Positions 50,259-53,972 of a stretch of 53,972 bases of DNA are shown here, piece by piece. The DNA is from Vicinamibacterales bacterium (lineage in GTDB: Bacteria > Acidobacteriota > Vicinamibacteria > Vicinamibacterales > CAVVIG01): contig DASXIR010000088.1 of assembly GCA_036497895.1 (NCBI GenBank), positions 1-53,972 of the forward strand, given 5' to 3'. The first letter of the stretch is position 1, and every line of letters begins with the position of its first letter. A program made the translations under genes and the position numbers. The notes beneath the pieces are model-generated. The model was not told where the DNA came from. It did no database searches and saw nothing but the letters and a program-made list of their open reading frames with translations.

Positions 50259-51711
50259 AGAATTCAAGGAACTGGCGCGGCGCGGCACCTTCGTGCCGGT
50301 GTGCAAGGAGATCGTGGCCGATCTGCTGACGCCGGTCTCGGCGTTCCTGAAAATCGCCGAGCACGCGGATTACGCGTTCCTGCTCGAAAGCGTCGAAGGC
50401 GGCGAACACGTCGGCCGGTATTCGTTTCTCGGCAAGGATCCGTTCCTCATCCTGCGCTCGCGCGACGGCAAGACCACGATCGATCGCGGCGGCAGCACGA
50501 CGGAGATCGAGAAACCGTTCGTCGACACCTTGCGGGGACTGATGGCCGACTTCCGGTCGCCATTTGTCCCGGGCCTGCCGCGTTTCACCGGTGGGGCAGT
50601 GGGCTATCTCGGTTACGGCGCGTCCTCGTGGTTCGAGCCGGTGTTGGGCGATCTGGGCTCGGCCCCAGACAACGCGGATACCGCCGGCTTCATGCTGTTC
50701 GACACGGTGCTGGCGTTCGACCATGTCCAGCATCGCATCCTCATCATCGCCAACGCGCGGATCACGGCCGACGACGACCTTGAATCGCTGTACCAGTTTG
50801 CCTGCGCCAAGATTCAGTTCCTGGAACGGGAGCTGGAACGGAACCTGTCGCACAGCCGCCGCGACGCCGCCGCCCCGCTGGCGTTCACCTCGAACCACAC
50901 CCAGGAGCGGTTCGAAGAGCAGGTACGTGCCGCCAAAGAACACATCGCCGCCGGCGACATTTATCAGGTGGTGTTGTCGCAGCGTTTCGAGGCCGAGGTC
51001 GCAGCCGATCCGTTCACGGTGTATCGCGCGCTGCGTCACGTGAATCCGTCGCCGTACATGTATTTCATCCGCATGGGCGGCGTGTCGGTCGTCGGTTCCT
51101 CTCCCGAGATGCTGGTACGGGTCGAAGGCTCGCGGGTCGAGACCCACCCGATTGCCGGCACCAGACGCCGGGGACGAACCGACGAAGAGGACATGCGGCT
51201 GGCCGAGGAGTTGAAGCGGAACGAGAAAGAGCGAGCCGAGCACGTGATGCTGGTCGACCTGGGACGCAACGACGTCGGGCGGGTCTGTGCGTACGGCTCG
51301 GTGCGGGTGCCGCAGTTCATGGGGCTCGAGCGTTTTTCTCACGTCATGCACCTCACCTCGATAGTCGAAGGCAAGCTGGCCGACGATCGCGATCGGCTCG
51401 ATGCGCTGGTGTCGTGCTTTCCGGCCGGCACCGTTTCCGGCGCGCCCAAGGTCAGGGCGATGCAAATCATCCGCGACCTCGAGCCGTCGGGTCGCGGTCT
51501 GTATGCGGGAGCGGTCGGCTACCTCGATTTCGCCGGCAACCTCGACTTCTGCATCGCCATCCGGACCGTGATCATGTCGAAGGGCATGGCCTACGTGCAG
51601 GCGGGCGCCGGCATCGTCATGGATTCGAACCCGGCAGCGGAGTTCGAAGAAACGCGGGACAAGGCGACGGCGCTGCTGCGAGCGCTCGATCTCGCGCAGG
51701 CCGGTCTGTGA
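50239..51711 (+). CDS. trpE: anthranilate synthase component I
   Basis: The ATG at 50239 begins MKITSFEEFKELA. It has the LLESVEGG Trp-feedback motif region and the chorismate-binding domain (GAVGYLDFAGNLDFCIAIRT, QAGAGIV). Confidence 0.95.
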   Translation: MKITSFEEFKELARRGTFVPVCKEIVADLLTPVSAFLKIAEHADYAFLLESVEGGEHVGRYSFLGKDPFLILRSRDGKTTIDRGGSTTEIEKPFVDTLRGLMADFRSPFVPGLPRFTGGAVGYLGYGASSWFEPVLGDLGSAPDNADTAGFMLFDTVLAFDHVQHRILIIANARITADDDLESLYQFACAKIQFLERELERNLSHSRRDAAAPLAFTSNHTQERFEEQVRAAKEHIAAGDIYQVVLSQRFEAEVAADPFTVYRALRHVNPSPYMYFIRMGGVSVVGSSPEMLVRVEGSRVETHPIAGTRRRGRTDEEDMRLAEELKRNEKERAEHVMLVDLGRNDVGRVCAYGSVRVPQFMGLERFSHVMHLTSIVEGKLADDRDRLDALVSCFPAGTVSGAPKVRAMQIIRDLEPSGRGLYAGAVGYLDFAGNLDFCIAIRTVIMSKGMAYVQAGAGIVMDSNPAAEFEETRDKATALLRALDLAQAGL

Positions 51712-51718
51712 AGTCTCC

Positions 51719-52291
<573 letters not shown>

Positions 52292-52293
52292 GC

Positions 52294-53331
52294 ATGTTTC
52301 AAGAGCTTCTCGAAAAGCTGACGCGTCACGAAGACCTGACCAGCGGCGAGGCCGCGGCCGCGATGTCGGAGATCATGGAAGGCCGCGCCGCGCCGGCGCA
52401 CCTGTCGGCGCTGCTGGTCGGTCTGGCAATGAAAGGCGAGCGGCCGCTCGAGATCGTCGGGCTTGCGCAGACCATGCGGGCGCACGCGGTTCGCGTGTCG
52501 AAACGCTACGACGACCTGCTCGATACCTGCGGCACCGGTGGCGACCGCTCAGGAACGCTCAACATCTCCTCGTGCGCGGCGCTGGTGGTTGCGGCCTGCG
52601 GTGTGCGGGTCGCCAAACACGGCAATCGATCGGCGTCGAGCCGGACCGGCGGCGCGGACGTCTACGAAGCGCTGGGCGTTCGCATCACCGCCGCGCCCGG
52701 CGTGGTCGAACGATGCCTGGCCGAAGCGGGAATCGGCTTTTTCTTCGCGCCGACGTTTCATCCGTCAATGCGTCATGCCGGGCCGGTACGCCGCGAACTC
52801 GGAATCCGCACCGCTTTCAACCTGCTCGGACCGTTGACGAATCCAGCGGGGGCCACGCGCCAACTGGTCGGGGTGTCGCGACCGGAATATACCGAGCTGA
52901 TGGCGCGCGCGCTGATGCTGCTGGGCACGACCCGCGCGTGGGTGGTCCATGGCGCCGACGGCATCGACGAGCTGACCACCACCGGATACACAAAGATCTC
53001 CGAGTGCCGCGACGGCGTGGTCAACACCTTTTACCTGCATCCCGCCGATGTCGGCCTGGTGAAGGCGCATGCCGGCTCGCTTCAGGGCGGCGACGCGCAC
53101 GAGAACGCCCGGATCATCGAGCGCATTCTGGCAGGCGAGCGTGGCGCGCCGCGGGACGTGGTGCTGCTCAACGCCGGAGCGGCGCTGTTCATCGCCGGGG
53201 CGGCCGCGTCGGTCAGCGACGGAATCGTGAAGGCGTCCCGGGCGATCGATCGCGGCGACGCGAAGCGGACACTGGCGAAGCTCGTTTCGATTTCGACGGC
53301 CGAAGAGTTTACGGCGGGAGCGGCGCAGTGA
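52294..53331 (+). CDS. trpD: anthranilate phosphoribosyltransferase
   Basis: The ATG at 52294 lies within the frame of ORF 51952..53331. It has the blocks DTCGTGGD, KHGNRS and NLLGPLTNPA. Confidence 0.95.
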   Translation: MFQELLEKLTRHEDLTSGEAAAAMSEIMEGRAAPAHLSALLVGLAMKGERPLEIVGLAQTMRAHAVRVSKRYDDLLDTCGTGGDRSGTLNISSCAALVVAACGVRVAKHGNRSASSRTGGADVYEALGVRITAAPGVVERCLAEAGIGFFFAPTFHPSMRHAGPVRRELGIRTAFNLLGPLTNPAGATRQLVGVSRPEYTELMARALMLLGTTRAWVVHGADGIDELTTTGYTKISECRDGVVNTFYLHPADVGLVKAHAGSLQGGDAHENARIIERILAGERGAPRDVVLLNAGAALFIAGAAASVSDGIVKASRAIDRGDAKRTLAKLVSISTAEEFTAGAAQ

Positions 53332-53972
53332 CGAGCCGGCGCGCGGCCGCTGCCAGCGAAACGCCTGATCCGGAAGCAAGGCCGGCCGACCTGCTTGCGA
53401 CCATCGTCGCCGCGACCAGGCGGATCGTTGAAGTACGCCAGGCGGAGCAGTCGTTGGCAGTTCTGGAGGCGCGGGCCGCGGCGATGCCGTCCCGCGCCGG
53501 CCGTTTTGTCAGCGCGTTGTCGCGGGCCGATCGCGTCAATGTCATCGCGGAATGCAAACGGCGATCGCCGTCGAAAGGCGTGCTCAGGCAGGACTACGAT
53601 CCGGTGGCGATTGCGACCGGTTATGCGGCGGCCGGTGCGGCAGCGATCTCGGTGCTGACCGAGCCGGCGTTCTTCGACGGTGCTCTCGAGCATCTGGCGG
53701 CGGTCCGCGCCGCGGTCGAGACACCGCTGCTTCGCAAGGACTTCATCGTGTCGGAGTACCAACTGTGCGAGGCAAAGGTGGCAGGCGCTGACGCCGCGCT
53801 GCTGATCGTGGCGGCTCTGCCGCTGGAGGCACTGACGCGTCTGCACCGATTCGCCAGCGCGATCGGCCTCGACGTGCTGGTCGAAGTGCACGACGCCGGA
53901 GAACTGGCGCTCGCGCTTCAGATCGGTGCGCGCGTCGTGGGCGTCAACAACCGGAACCTGAAAACCCTCAGC
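53328..53972 (+). CDS. trpC: indole-3-glycerol phosphate synthase (5' part; runs off the window)
   Basis: The GTG at 53328 overlaps the trpD stop as GTGA. My manual translation gives ...VIAECKRRSPSKGVL...ISVLTEPAFFDG...LLRKDFIVSEYQ...GADAALLIVAAL. The frame stays open to the window end. It is not in the ORF track because no stop is present. Confidence 0.9.
   Translation, partial: MTSRRAAAASETPDPEARPADLLATIVAATRRIVEVRQAEQSLAVLEARAAAMPSRAGRFVSALSRADRVNVIAECKRRSPSKGVLRQDYDPVAIATGYAAAGAAAISVLTEPAFFDGALEHLAAVRAAVETPLLRKDFIVSEYQLCEAKVAGADAALLIVAALPLEALTRLHRFASAIGLDVLVEVHDAGELALALQIGARVVGVNNRNLKTLS

Overview
This is a high-GC chromosomal segment, roughly two-thirds G+C by eye (not computed). It comes from a Gram-negative bacterium, since a BamD lipoprotein is present. 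Frequent GTG starts, 4-nt GTGA/ATGA/TGATG gene overlaps and several apparently leaderless genes would fit an Acidobacteriota- or Gemmatimonadota-like genome, but that is inference only. I support about 57 protein genes, 2 tRNAs (Val-CAC, Gly-CCC), two short tandem repeats and a few regulatory RNA/DNA elements. I saw no rRNA, CRISPR array, transposase or integrase.

Layout, in order:
- 142-4438: membrane protein, type II P-type ATPase and a tandem USP.
- 4439-8480: a mosaic patch ending at tRNA-Val. It holds a truncated HlyD-type adaptor, a MerB-like gene with an in-frame TGA, an epoxide hydrolase and BrnT/BrnA.
- 8522-13533: nucleobase and deoxyribose salvage genes (citryl-CoA lyase-like, upp, exported amidohydrolase, hpt, rpiB, deoC).
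- 13999-15997: a short KdpD-like kinase and KdpE.
- 16558-23547: a same-strand cluster of predicted exported enzymes (NHL propeller, Tat phosphotriesterase, two cytochromes c, Tat-signal ThDP enzyme, ThuA).
- 24112-27241: sugar-nucleotide and pgsA genes.
- 27283-35727: aroC plus a tightly coupled minus-strand string def-fmt-rsmB-PASTA-rpe-thioesterase-epimerase-bamD-secreted protein.
- 35847-40997: a 1144-aa sigma-54 activator coupled to two ABC permeases.
- 41013-48507: TPR protein, ECF sigma/anti-sigma pair, and an S55 (SpoIVB-like) peptidase with a 742-aa beta-propeller.
- 48568-53972: a leader-peptide attenuator followed by aroD/E-trpE-trpG-trpD-trpC.

Most interesting observations:
1. The MerB-like gene has its in-frame TGA on the catalytic Cys159/160 position. 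A hairpin with a GGUC tetraloop follows at SECIS distance. This makes it a candidate new selenoprotein.
2. A WWYW leader peptide with mutually exclusive 10-bp antiterminator and terminator helices sits upstream of the aro-trp operon.
3. DeoC carries an N-terminal helix that closely resembles the PduP microcompartment encapsulation peptide. It is paired with an N-terminally extended RpiB, and no shell genes are in view.
4. A twin-arginine-signal ThDP enzyme is flanked by cytochromes c.
5. A kinase-less PASTA protein occupies the prkC slot of the def-fmt-rsmB...rpe string.
6. The sigma-54 activator has an extra Walker-A-like/TPR N-terminal half.
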